From NCBI GenBank assembly GCA_965232515.1, contig CBDDPY010000002.1, forward strand, positions 6,528,001 through 6,592,000: DNA of 64,000 nucleotides, given 5' to 3'. The DNA comes from Alphaproteobacteria bacterium. Lineage in GTDB: Bacteria; Pseudomonadota; Alphaproteobacteria; GCA-2731375. A model generated the notes under the pieces. The model saw nothing but the letters and a program-made list of their open reading frames with translations, was not told the origin of the DNA and did no database searches. Position 1 is the stretch's first letter. Every line of letters starts with the position of its first letter. Below, in pieces: positions 1-9,091 of this stretch. Both the position numbers and the translations under genes were made by a program.

Positions 1-990
1 CGGCGCGAAGCCGAAGGTCTTCAGCGTCAGCGCGCCGAACCACGGCGACAGATAGACGTTGGCGAGCTTGTAGAACGCCTCGTCCATGCCGCGCCGGCGG
101 CCGCCCTTGCTCAGCATCATGACGTTGTTCCAGGTCTGGTGACCCTCCTTCATGGTGCCGTAGCGGATATCGGCCTTGTCGCCGGTCTTGGCGTTGGCGA
201 CCAGCGCCACCGGCTCCCAGCAGGACGCCATCAGCACCTCGCCGCTGGCCAGAATGCCGACGCCGTTCTGGAAGCCGTCCCAGAAGGTGCGGAACTGGCC
301 CTTCTTCTTGTGGTCGATCAGGAACTGGCAGACCGCCTTGACCTCGGCCTCGGACATGTCCGAGGGATCTGATATCTCGACCTTGCCGCTTTCCTTCAGG
401 TAAATCGCGGTCACGGTCAGCGTCGGCCCGAAATCGTTCTGCAACGCCACCCGGCCCTTGAACTGGGAATCGAACAGCACGCCCCAGCTATCGGGCTCGA
501 AGCCCAGCGTCTTGTGATCGTAGGCCAGCGAATCGGCGTTCGAAATGAACGGCACGGCATAGACGTCGCCGTCATGGCGGATGGTGTCCGCCGCCGCCCC
601 GCCCTCGGCATAGACCGGCAGGATGTTCTTGAAGTTCGGAATCTTGGCGGTGTCCAGCGGCACGATCGCTTTCTGCGAGGCGAGCGCGTCCTCCATGCCG
701 CCGCCATTGTCGGTCAGCGCGTCGAACAGCTTGTTGCCGTCGCCGACGACCATCTTCTGGATCGCCTCGTCGGCCCGCGCGCTCTTTGCTGTGACGGCGA
801 GCGACAGGCCCGACTGCTGTTCCATGGCGGTCCAGTCCTTGGCGCCGACCTTGGCGATCGCCGAGGCCCAGACCTTCAGCGCGTGGCCGTCGGCCAGCGA
901 CAGTCCCGGCACCATGCCGGTGGCGGCCGCCGCGCCCATGGCGGCGGTGCCGTGCAGAAACGCACGGCGGCTGAATTCGAGCTGGTTCAT
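1..990 (-). CDS. ABC transporter substrate-binding protein (polyamine/PotD-like family), Tat-exported; 3' end runs off the window
   Basis: Manual translation from ATG at 990: MNQLEFSRRAFLHGTAAMGAAAA... has a twin-arginine signal (SRRAFL). Later PDSWGVLFDSQFKGRVAL is typical of PotD/PotF-like proteins. GGAG RBS upstream. Confidence 0.8.
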   Translation of the reverse strand, partial: MNQLEFSRRAFLHGTAAMGAAAATGMVPGLSLADGHALKVWASAIAKVGAKDWTAMEQQSGLSLAVTAKSARADEAIQKMVVGDGNKLFDALTDNGGGMEDALASQKAIVPLDTAKIPNFKNILPVYAEGGAAADTIRHDGDVYAVPFISNADSLAYDHKTLGFEPDSWGVLFDSQFKGRVALQNDFGPTLTVTAIYLKESGKVEISDPSDMSEAEVKAVCQFLIDHKKKGQFRTFWDGFQNGVGILASGEVLMASCWEPVALVANAKTGDKADIRYGTMKEGHQTWNNVMMLSKGGRRRGMDEAFYKLANVYLSPWFGALTLKTFGFAP

Positions 991-1041
991 GTCCCCACTC
1001 CCTGTTGTTCTTTTCGGATATCCCCTGGGTCTTATCTTAGC

Positions 1042-1914
1042 TCATTCCGCCGGCTGCTGCGCCGTGAACCAGTCGGCGATTTGGCCGCCGGTCATGAACA
1101 CGGTGTCGTCGCGTGCCTGCAAGGCGTCGATGACCTGCCGCAGATAGCCGATCCGGTGCGGCACGGCGATCAAATGCGGGTGTAGGGCCAGCGTCAGCAT
1201 GCGCGGATTCTCCGCCAGCTCCGGCTCGAAGGCGGCAATGGTGTCCATCGCGCGCCGGTGCATCTCAGGCGAGGCGTGCCGCTCGACCGCGTAGATCACG
1301 CTGTCGTTCACCTCCAGCGTATAGGGCATGGACAGCAGCGGCCCGTGTTTGGTCGTGATCCAGCAGGGCAGGTCGTCCAGCACCCAGTCGAAGACGAAGT
1401 CGATGCCGGCCGCCTTCAGCAGATCCGGCGTGTCCAGGGTCTCGCGCAGGCCCGGCCCCAGCCAGCCGCGCACCGGCTGGCCGCTGAAGCCGCGCAGCTT
1501 CTCCAGCGCCAGCGCGATCAGCCCGGCCTCGTCCTCGGCCGCGTCGATGCCGCGCTGGTGGATGCCGTGGCCGACAAACTCCCAGCCTGCCTCCAGCATC
1601 GCCTCGGCGCAGGCCGGATAGGCGTCGACGACGCCGGCGTTGATGCTGGTGCTGGCCTGCAGTCCGCGCCCCGCGATCAGGTCCAGCAGCCGCGGCATGC
1701 CGCAGCGCATGCCATATTCGGCCCAAGCGAAGTTCGGCACATCTGGCACGCTGCCGCGCCCATGCGGCGGCGTCAGGATCGTCCGCGGCATCGGTTGATC
1801 GAACTGCCAGTGCTCGACATTGACCACCACATGCACGATCAACGGCTTGCCGCCGGGCGGCTCAAGGCGCGGCCGCGCGCTCGACATCTGATAGGGAATA
1901 CGCGGGTTCGACAT
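1042..1914 (-). CDS. polysaccharide deacetylase family protein (PuuE/allantoinase-like)
   Basis: VVNVEHW, EYGMRCG, WEFVGHG, RGWLGPGLRET, DWVLDDLP and LALHPHLI motifs of the CE4 PuuE-like subfamily. Confidence 0.85.
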   Translation of the reverse strand: MSNPRIPYQMSSARPRLEPPGGKPLIVHVVVNVEHWQFDQPMPRTILTPPHGRGSVPDVPNFAWAEYGMRCGMPRLLDLIAGRGLQASTSINAGVVDAYPACAEAMLEAGWEFVGHGIHQRGIDAAEDEAGLIALALEKLRGFSGQPVRGWLGPGLRETLDTPDLLKAAGIDFVFDWVLDDLPCWITTKHGPLLSMPYTLEVNDSVIYAVERHASPEMHRRAMDTIAAFEPELAENPRMLTLALHPHLIAVPHRIGYLRQVIDALQARDDTVFMTGGQIADWFTAQQPAE

Positions 1915-1979
1915 GGACGGGCTCGCGGCGGTGAAATACCGCCAGAGCTTAACGCTTCACCGCGCCGCCGCAAGTCGTG

Positions 1980-2906
1980 TCAGGCCTTGAGGTCCTCGAT
2001 GTACCGCTTCGCCTCTGTCGTGCTGAAGCCGTAGAGGCCCTTGGCGACGATCACGGCGTCGATCAAGTTGCCCTGCTGCACCATGTCCAGCAGGCGCGAC
2101 TCCTGCGCCTCGCGGTCGAGCGTCTTGGCCTGCGGCTGCTCGGTCTCCAGCGTCGGGGCCGTGCCGTAGTCTGTCGCTAGGTAGGCGAGGGTGGCTGCCA
2201 GGTTGGGCCGCAACCGCGTACCCTTGGTGTGCCAGTCGATGCGCAGGATGCCGTTGGAACGGACGCTGACAGGTGCGCCCTTGCCCTTCTGCGTCACGCC
2301 CTTGATCGGCGTCGGCACCCAGAGCCGCCGCTCGTTGCTGAGCGTCGCCTTCACCGCCGACAGGTCGTCGTCATGCAGTTGGATTTCGAGGTAGCCTTGC
2401 CGGACCAGCGTGTCGTCTTCGTGGCCGACGGTGTCGCCGCTCCGGCCGACATGGCGGGCCTTCTCGTCGTGGGCGCGGATCCAGCGCACCTCGCGCTTCG
2501 GGATGCGCAGGACGATGGCATCGCCGCGCGGCAGACGGTGGTCGGCGAAGTTGCGCAGCTTGACGTCGAGGCCGTGCGGACCGGCCCGCAGCACCCAGTT
2601 GCTCGGCTTCAGCGCGGCGAGAAAGCTGCCGAAGAATGCCAGGCCGCCGACCGCGCCGACAAGGCTGACGATCAAGCCGATGAAGGCAGCGATGCCGTAG
2701 AGGGCGATTTGAACGATCAGCGGCAGTCCGGACAGCGGCGGGTCCTGAATGGCCTCGTAACCGAGCCAAACCGGCGCCGCGCTCATCGCCAGGAGTATGA
2801 GCGCCACGACAAGACGACCGATCCAGGCCTCGCGCGCCACGAACTCGGCTGTTGTCGCGATGGCCGTATCCTCGCTGAGGAAGGTCGGGTCGGCGTATCT
2901 TCCCAC
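1980..2906 (-). CDS. hypothetical membrane protein, two TM helices, C-terminal L7/L12-CTD-like motif
   Basis: 308-aa ORF with two hydrophobic segments near the N-terminus. C-terminus is GNLIDAVIVAKGLYGFSTTEAKRYIEDL. Confidence 0.65.
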   Translation of the reverse strand: MGRYADPTFLSEDTAIATTAEFVAREAWIGRLVVALILLAMSAAPVWLGYEAIQDPPLSGLPLIVQIALYGIAAFIGLIVSLVGAVGGLAFFGSFLAALKPSNWVLRAGPHGLDVKLRNFADHRLPRGDAIVLRIPKREVRWIRAHDEKARHVGRSGDTVGHEDDTLVRQGYLEIQLHDDDLSAVKATLSNERRLWVPTPIKGVTQKGKGAPVSVRSNGILRIDWHTKGTRLRPNLAATLAYLATDYGTAPTLETEQPQAKTLDREAQESRLLDMVQQGNLIDAVIVAKGLYGFSTTEAKRYIEDLKA

Positions 2907-3083
2907 GGGCCTGTCCGAAGGGAGTGGCGGGAGGCATAAGCTCTAGCCGGCCGGCCTTAGCATTTCCTTACGTCGGGAAGGTGCGATCGAGGCATTGCGC
3001 CGCGACCGCATTCGGGCCGACAATCGGCGCATGTGCGGGGTCGTGTACAGGGGGGCAGGGGTCGTGGTCGGTTTGGGGGGCGG

Positions 3084-3560
3084 ATGACGTCACTTTTGGC
3101 GCGTGTTTTGGGCGTGTTCGTCGCGCTGGCGGCCTTCGCCATGATGCTGGTGACCTGCATCGACGTGGTCGGCCGCTACGTCTTCACGGCGCCCCTGCCG
3201 GGCGCGGTCGAGATCAACGAATTGCTGCTGGGCCTGATGGTGTTCGGGGCGCTGCCGCTGGTCACGGCCGGCCGCGAGCATGTCAGCATCGGCCTCCTGG
3301 ACGGCCTGTTTCGCGGACCGGCGGACAGGGTGCGGCAGATACTGCTCAATCTGGTCTCCGGTGCCGTCATCGGCATCACCGCCTACCGGCTCTGGCTCAA
3401 GGCCGACGAGCTGGCGGCGAACGGCGACACCACGCTTTACCTCAGGATTCCGGCCGCGCCGTTCGGCTATTTCATGAGCCTCGCCGCCGGCGTGACGACA
3501 GTGATCCTGCTGGTCGCCGTCGTCCGCGCGATTGTCCCGACCGGCCAGGGAAGGGGCTGA
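3084..3560 (+). CDS. dctQ: TRAP transporter small permease
   Basis: DVVGRYVFTAPLPGAVEI and HVSIGLL motifs, about four TM helices, upstream of DctM. Confidence 0.9.
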   Translation: MTSLLARVLGVFVALAAFAMMLVTCIDVVGRYVFTAPLPGAVEINELLLGLMVFGALPLVTAGREHVSIGLLDGLFRGPADRVRQILLNLVSGAVIGITAYRLWLKADELAANGDTTLYLRIPAAPFGYFMSLAAGVTTVILLVAVVRAIVPTGQGRG

Positions 3561-3564
3561 CGCC

Positions 3565-4857
3565 GTGCTGACCGCGCTGGCGGGGTTCGCCATTCTGTTC
3601 GTGTTGCTGTTCCTCGGCCTGCCGATCGGCTTCGGCATGATGCTGGTCGGCGTCGGCGGTTTCGCCTACCTCGTCGCCTGGGGCCCGGCGTTGGCGCTCT
3701 TGGGCCAGACCGCGTTCGACACCGTGCTGACCTACAGCCTGTCGGTGGTGCCGCTGTTCATTCTGATGGGCAAGCTGATCACCGAGGCCCGCCTGTCGGA
3801 CGAGCTCTACCGGGCCTGCTACGCCTTCCTCGGCCGCTGGCGCGGCGGCCTCGCCATGGCGACCGTCGCGGCCTGCGGCGGCTTCAGCGCGGTCTGTGGC
3901 TCCAGCCTGGCGACGGCGGCGACCATGGCCAAGGTCGCGGTGCCCTCGATGCGGCAATACGGCTATGCCGACAGCCTGGCGGCCGGCTCGATCGCCGCCG
4001 GTGGCACGCTCGGCATTCTCATTCCGCCGTCCGTGATCCTGGTGCTCTACGGCATCATGACCGAGAACGACATCGGCGCGCTGTTCATCGGCGGCATCCT
4101 GCCCGGTCTGCTCGGCATCGGGCTCTACATCCTGGCCGTCGCCACCACGACCGCGTTCAACCCCGAGGCCGGCCCGCCCGGCGAAGACGTCGCCTGGCCC
4201 GAGCGGCTGGCGGCCCTGTCGCGCATCTGGGCGATCATGCTGCTGTTCCTGGTGGTGATCGGCGGGATCTATTTGGGCGTGTTCACGCCGACCGAGGCGG
4301 CGGGCGTCGGCGCCGGCGGCGCCTTCCTGTTCGCGCTCGCCCGCCGGGCGCTGACCTGGCGCATCCTGATCGACGTGCTGGTCGATACGGCCCGCACGAC
4401 GTCAATGCTGTTCATCGTGCTGATCGGCGCGCTGATGTTCTCGAACTTCATCAACGTCGCCGGCTTTCCGGCGGCGCTCTCCGGCTGGCTCGACGCCGCG
4501 GCCTGGCCGCCGCTCGGCGTGCTGTTCGCGATCATGGCGATCTACGTGGTGTTGGGCTGCGTGCTGGAAAGCCTGTCGATGATGCTGCTGACCGTGCCGA
4601 TCTTCTATCCCATCATTGTCGGCCTCGGTTTCGATCCGATCTGGTTCGGCATCCTCGTGGTCGTGGTCATCGAGATCAGCCTGATCACCCCGCCCATCGG
4701 CCTCAACGTCTTCGTCATCAAAGCGGTGCTGCCCGACGTGCCCACCGGCCAGATCTTCCGCGGCGTGGTCCCCTTCATCCTCGCCGACCTCGTCCGCCTG
4801 GCGATCATCATCTTCGTCCCCGGCCTGGTGCTCTTCCTCCCCAGCCTGATGGGCTAG
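3565..4857 (+). CDS. dctM: TRAP transporter large permease
   Basis: VPLFILMG, GSSLATAATM, AAGGTLGILIPPS, FTPTEAA and ITPPIGLNVF motifs. GTG start 4 bp after the dctQ stop. Confidence 0.95.
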   Translation: MLTALAGFAILFVLLFLGLPIGFGMMLVGVGGFAYLVAWGPALALLGQTAFDTVLTYSLSVVPLFILMGKLITEARLSDELYRACYAFLGRWRGGLAMATVAACGGFSAVCGSSLATAATMAKVAVPSMRQYGYADSLAAGSIAAGGTLGILIPPSVILVLYGIMTENDIGALFIGGILPGLLGIGLYILAVATTTAFNPEAGPPGEDVAWPERLAALSRIWAIMLLFLVVIGGIYLGVFTPTEAAGVGAGGAFLFALARRALTWRILIDVLVDTARTTSMLFIVLIGALMFSNFINVAGFPAALSGWLDAAAWPPLGVLFAIMAIYVVLGCVLESLSMMLLTVPIFYPIIVGLGFDPIWFGILVVVVIEISLITPPIGLNVFVIKAVLPDVPTGQIFRGVVPFILADLVRLAIIIFVPGLVLFLPSLMG

Positions 4858-4886
4858 CGTGACAGGCGAACAGTCCACTCCCTTTG

Positions 4887-4959
4887 GTCATGCCCGGACT
4901 TGATCCGGGCATCCAGAGCCCCAATGCCCCTGGGTTGCCGGGTCAAGCCCGGCAACGAC
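4887..4959. repeat. REP-like double-hairpin intergenic element of the alphaproteobacterial GTCATGCCCGG...CCCGGCAACGAC type
   Basis: Two hairpins, atgcccgga-cttga-tccgggcat and gttgccggg-tcaag-cccggcaac, bounded by gtc...gac. Only one copy in the window. Confidence 0.7.
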
Positions 4960-5079
4960 GAAATGGCGAACTGATCGCCAGGCGCGATTAACCATACCGC
5001 CCGCCATCGGCGCTCGCCTGCGGGCCCGGAACCGGCGATAATGCCGGCTCGATCGATACGATGGGGAGTGACAAGGGTC

Positions 5080-6099
5080 ATGTCTGGGACCATAAGAAAA
5101 ACACTGATTGCCGGCCTGCTGGCCGCCGCCGCCATGTCCGCCACGGCCAAGGCCGAGACCGTGCTGCGGTTCTCCAACTGGGTGCCGCCGCAGCATCCGG
5201 TCTCCACCGACATCATCAACGTCTATGCCGAGCGGATCGCCGAAGCGACCGAGGGCCGGGTCAAGGTCCAGGTGCTGAGCCCTGGGCTCGGCAAGCCGCC
5301 GGCGCATCTGGACCTGGTGAAGAACGGCGTCGCCGACATCGCCTTCGCCGTGCACAGCTACAACGCCGACCGCTTCGCGCTGCCGCGCGTCGCCGAGCTG
5401 CCGTTCCTGGCCAAGGACTCGACGTCGGCGTCGGTCGCCTACTGGCGCGTGCACGAGAAATATCTGGCGCCGGCCGGCGAGCACAAGGGCGTCAAGCTGC
5501 TCGGCCTCTGGGTGCACGGTCCGGCGCACATCTGGACAATCAAGGCGCCGGTCAACACGCTTGACGACCTGGGCGGCCAGAAGATCCGCGTCGCCGGTGG
5601 CATTACCAAGGACATCGCCAACGCGCTGGGCGCGGTGCCGTTCTTCGCGCCGGCGCCGAAGACCTACGAGGCGCTGTCGAAGGGCGTCGCCGACGGCATT
5701 TTCTTCCCGTCGGAATCCGTACCGGGTTTCAAGCTCGACAAGATCATCCGCCACGGCCTGATGGTGCCGGGCGGTCTCTATCGCTCCAGCCAGTACATCG
5801 TCATGAATCAGGCGAAGTGGGACGCGCTATCGGACGCCGATAAGCAGGCCATCGACAGCGTCTCTGGCGAGGCGCTCGCCAAGCTCGCCGGCGAGGTCTG
5901 GGACCGCATCGACGCCAAGGGTATCGAGACCATGACGGCCTCGGGCATTGCCATGAAGACCGCGGACGGCGCGCTGCTCGACAGCATCAGGGCCAAGGTC
6001 GCCGGCTTCGAGGGCGAGTGGCTGGCCACCGCCAAGGCCAAGGGCGTCGACGGCGACGCCGCGCTCGCCATGCTGAAGGCCGAAATCGCCGGGATGTAG
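5080..6099 (+). CDS. dctP: TRAP transporter substrate-binding protein
   Basis: Signal peptide, ATEGRVKV, GVADIA, ELPF, DDLGGQKIRV and YEALSKGVADG motifs. Confidence 0.93.
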   Translation: MSGTIRKTLIAGLLAAAAMSATAKAETVLRFSNWVPPQHPVSTDIINVYAERIAEATEGRVKVQVLSPGLGKPPAHLDLVKNGVADIAFAVHSYNADRFALPRVAELPFLAKDSTSASVAYWRVHEKYLAPAGEHKGVKLLGLWVHGPAHIWTIKAPVNTLDDLGGQKIRVAGGITKDIANALGAVPFFAPAPKTYEALSKGVADGIFFPSESVPGFKLDKIIRHGLMVPGGLYRSSQYIVMNQAKWDALSDADKQAIDSVSGEALAKLAGEVWDRIDAKGIETMTASGIAMKTADGALLDSIRAKVAGFEGEWLATAKAKGVDGDAALAMLKAEIAGM

Positions 6100-6104
6100 T
6101 TGGC

Positions 6105-7004
6105 TCAGTCGGTCTCGGCCGAGCCGGCGTAGATTTCAACTAAACGTGTTGGATCTTCGTCGGCCTGGCCACGGCCGGCCATCACCCGCATGATCTCGGC
6201 TGTCGTACTGGCGATCGGTAACGGGGCCTGTAGTTCCTTTGCCAGGTCGGTCGCCGTGTCGACGTCCTTCAACAGCGTGTAGAGCTGGCCCAGCAGCGGC
6301 TCGTACTGCCGGGCCGCCATGCGTGGCGCGAAGGTCTGCAGCGGTTTCGAGTCGCCCCAACCGCCGGCGAGTGCTTCCGCCAGCTGCGTCGCGTCGATGC
6401 CGGCGCGTTCGGCGAAGTTGACCGCCTCCGCGATCACGGCGATTGCCGTGCCGCTGATGATCTGATTGCAGAGCTTCGTGGTTTGGCCGGCGCCGCTGCC
6501 GCCCATATGCGTGAAGCGGCCGCAGAGGTTCATGACGACAGGCCGCACGCGCTCCACGGCTTCGGCGTCGCCGCCGCACATGATGGCGAGCGTGCCGTCG
6601 GCCGCCCCCTGCACACCGCCCGACACGGGCGCGTCGATCCAGGCCATGCCGCATTTGTCGGCCAGGCGTTGGGCGATATCGCGCGTGGTATCGGGCCGGA
6701 TGCTGGAGAAGTCGACGACGATCTTGCCGGCAGCCCCGCCGTCGGCGAGACCATCCGGCCCGAAGGCGACCTGCTCGGCCGCCGCCGCGTCGGTCACGCA
6801 CATCATCACGATCTCGGCGGCGCGCGCGACATCGGCGATGGTGTCGGCCGGCGTCGCGCCGGCGGCGACCAGCGGCTCGAGCTTCGAACGCGTGCGGTTC
6901 CACACCGTGACGTCGTAACCGGCCGCCAGCAGCCGTTGCGTCATCGGCCCGCCGATCAGGCCGGTGCCGATATAGCCGAGCGTCGGCTTCCCCGCGGCGC
7001 TCAT
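6105..7004 (-). CDS. NAD(P)-dependent oxidoreductase, 3-hydroxyisobutyrate dehydrogenase/tartronate semialdehyde reductase family
   Basis: [12 protein letters not shown] Rossmann motif, [25 protein letters not shown] at 7004 overlaps the upstream stop (ATGA). Confidence 0.9.
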   Translation of the reverse strand: MSAAGKPTLGYIGTGLIGGPMTQRLLAAGYDVTVWNRTRSKLEPLVAAGATPADTIADVARAAEIVMMCVTDAAAAEQVAFGPDGLADGGAAGKIVVDFSSIRPDTTRDIAQRLADKCGMAWIDAPVSGGVQGAADGTLAIMCGGDAEAVERVRPVVMNLCGRFTHMGGSGAGQTTKLCNQIISGTAIAVIAEAVNFAERAGIDATQLAEALAGGWGDSKPLQTFAPRMAARQYEPLLGQLYTLLKDVDTATDLAKELQAPLPIASTTAEIMRVMAGRGQADEDPTRLVEIYAGSAETD

Positions 7005-8734
7005 TCCGCGTCGTCCCAGGGCCACTGCACGTTGCCGGCATGCGTCACCGCGCCCAGATTGGCGGGGCCGACCTGAGCCGCGTATTTCTCCAGCGTCCCG
7101 CCCAGGCTTCGCGGGTCCGGCGGCCGCCATGTGGCGCGCCGGCGGTCGAGCTCGGCCTCGCTCAGGTCGACGTCGATGGTGCCGGCCTCGGCATCGATGC
7201 GGATGCGGTCGCCGGTTTCGATCAGCGCGATGGGGCCGCCGGCCGCCGCCTCCGGGCAGACATAGCCGATCATCATGCCGCGGGTGGCGCCGGAGAAACG
7301 GCCGTCGGTCAGCAGCGCCACCTTCTCGCCCATGCCCTGGCCGTAGAGCAGCGCGGTGATGCCCAGCATCTCGCGCATACCAGGCCCGCCGCGCGGGCCC
7401 TCGTTGCGGATCACGATCACCGCGCCCGGCTCGTAGGCCATCTCGTGTAGGGTTTCGACACAGGCCTCCTCGTTCTCGAACACCAGCGCCGGGCCCTCGT
7501 GCACCAGCGATTGCAGGCCGGCGACCTTGATCAGCGCCCCGTCGGGCGCCAGGTTGCCGCGCAGCACCACGACGCCGCCGGTCGGCATGATCGCCGCGTC
7601 GGCGGTGCGCACGATGTCGCCGTCCGGCGTCGCGGCGGCGGCCGCAACCTCGGCGATGCTGCGGCCGGTTATGGTCGGGCAGTCGCCGTGCAGGTGGCCG
7701 CCGTCCAGCAGCGCTTTCAGGATCACCGACACGCCGCCGATCTCGAACACGTCCTTGGCGAGGTATTGCCCGCCGGGCTTCAGGTTGGCTAGCAGGGGCG
7801 TGCGCTGGAACACCTCGGCCACGTCGTCCAGCGTGAAGCGGATGCCGGCCTCGTGCGCGATGGCTGGGATGTGCAGGCCGGCATTGGTCGAGCCGCCGGT
7901 GGCGGCGACAACGGCGCAGGCGTTCTCCAGGCTTTCGCGCGTCACCAGGTCGCGGGGCAGGGGGCCGCCGTCCGCCAGCACGTCGGTCACGGCCTCGCCG
8001 GCCTTGCGCGCCAACGCCATGCGCTGGGCATAGACGGCCGGCAGCATAGCCGAGCCGGGCAGGGCCAGCCCCAGGGCTTCCGAGATCATCGCCATGGTGT
8101 TCGCCGTGAACTGGCCGGGGCAGGAGCCGATGGTCGGGTTGCACACCAGCTCCATGTCGTAGAGCTCGTCTTCCGTCATCTGCCCGGACATCACCGCGCC
8201 GACGCCCTCGTACGAATCCAGCGCCGTCACGGTCTTGCCGCGCCACGGCGCCGGCAGGGTGCTGCCGCCATACATGAAGACCGACGGCACGTTGCAGCGG
8301 ACCATGGCCATCATGATGCCGGGGAGCGTCTTGTCGCAGCCGCCGAAGCCGACCAGGCCGTCATAGCAATGCGCACGCATCACGGCTTCGATGGAATCGG
8401 CGATCAGTTCGCGGCTGACCAGGCTGAACTTCATGCCCTGATGGTTCATCGAGATGCCGTCGGACACCGAGATCGTGGTGAACTCGCGCGCCGTGCAGCC
8501 GCCGACCTCGACGCCGACCTTGGCCGCCGCCGCCTGCGGCCCCAGGCTCATGGAACATGGCGTGGTCTCGTTGTGCGTGCTGACGACGCCGATCATCGGC
8601 TTCTCGATGGCCTCGTCGTCCAGGCCCATGGCCCGCATGAAGGTGCGATGCGGCGTCCTGTCGAGACCCTGCCACGTGGTCCGCGATCGGAGCGGTTTTC
8701 CGGAAAATCGGTCGGTGGCGTGCTTTCGGCGCAT
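7001..8734 (-). CDS. ilvD: IlvD/Edd-family dihydroxy-acid dehydratase
   Basis: [58 protein letters not shown] and TDGRFSG motifs. AAGGA RBS. Actual substrate is uncertain. Confidence 0.9.
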   Translation of the reverse strand: MRRKHATDRFSGKPLRSRTTWQGLDRTPHRTFMRAMGLDDEAIEKPMIGVVSTHNETTPCSMSLGPQAAAAKVGVEVGGCTAREFTTISVSDGISMNHQGMKFSLVSRELIADSIEAVMRAHCYDGLVGFGGCDKTLPGIMMAMVRCNVPSVFMYGGSTLPAPWRGKTVTALDSYEGVGAVMSGQMTEDELYDMELVCNPTIGSCPGQFTANTMAMISEALGLALPGSAMLPAVYAQRMALARKAGEAVTDVLADGGPLPRDLVTRESLENACAVVAATGGSTNAGLHIPAIAHEAGIRFTLDDVAEVFQRTPLLANLKPGGQYLAKDVFEIGGVSVILKALLDGGHLHGDCPTITGRSIAEVAAAAATPDGDIVRTADAAIMPTGGVVVLRGNLAPDGALIKVAGLQSLVHEGPALVFENEEACVETLHEMAYEPGAVIVIRNEGPRGGPGMREMLGITALLYGQGMGEKVALLTDGRFSGATRGMMIGYVCPEAAAGGPIALIETGDRIRIDAEAGTIDVDLSEAELDRRRATWRPPDPRSLGGTLEKYAAQVGPANLGAVTHAGNVQWPWDDAE

Positions 8735-9044
8735 GGCATTCCTTCGTGAACTTGACGTCATCCTTCCGCGCATCGTTCGGCGCGCCGGCACAGTCTAGCG
8801 CGGATTGACGCGACCCGTGGATTTGCTTGGAATTCCGCCATTTAGCCCGCGTTTCGTCGGACTGGCGATCAACAGAAAATTAATGGCGACGGCTCGATAA
8901 TTGATCGGTCAAATCGATGGTCAAGTGATTGATCAGAACAGGATCTGGTATTGGAGAGAAATTATTTCCAAATACTGAGATCTTTTTCGGGATTTCTGCG
9001 GAAACGCCTCGAAAAGCGCCCAAAGCGGCCATTTCCCTTCAGTT

Positions 9045-9059
9045 TTAGTAAAATCTTAA
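9045..9059. promoter_or_regulatory. possible CtrA-like box (TTAG-N7-TTAA) upstream of the kinase
   Basis: ttag-taaaatc-ttaa, one mismatch to TTAA-N7-TTAA, in an AT-rich stretch about 30 bp before the likely start of a PleC/DivJ-like kinase. Confidence 0.25.
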
Positions 9060-9091
9060 GCGATGTCATTCGCCTCCGGTCGCGCAAGTAC

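Noticed and set aside
6105-8246. 713-aa ORF suggesting a long N-terminally extended dehydrogenase
   Set aside because: The first 414 codons are an off-frame shadow of the IlvD gene; the real start is the ATGA-coupled ATG at 7004.
8951-9091. N-terminal extension of the kinase from TTG at 8951
   Set aside because: AT-rich, promoter-like sequence with atypical codons; ATG 9092 or 9134 fits the first TM helix better.
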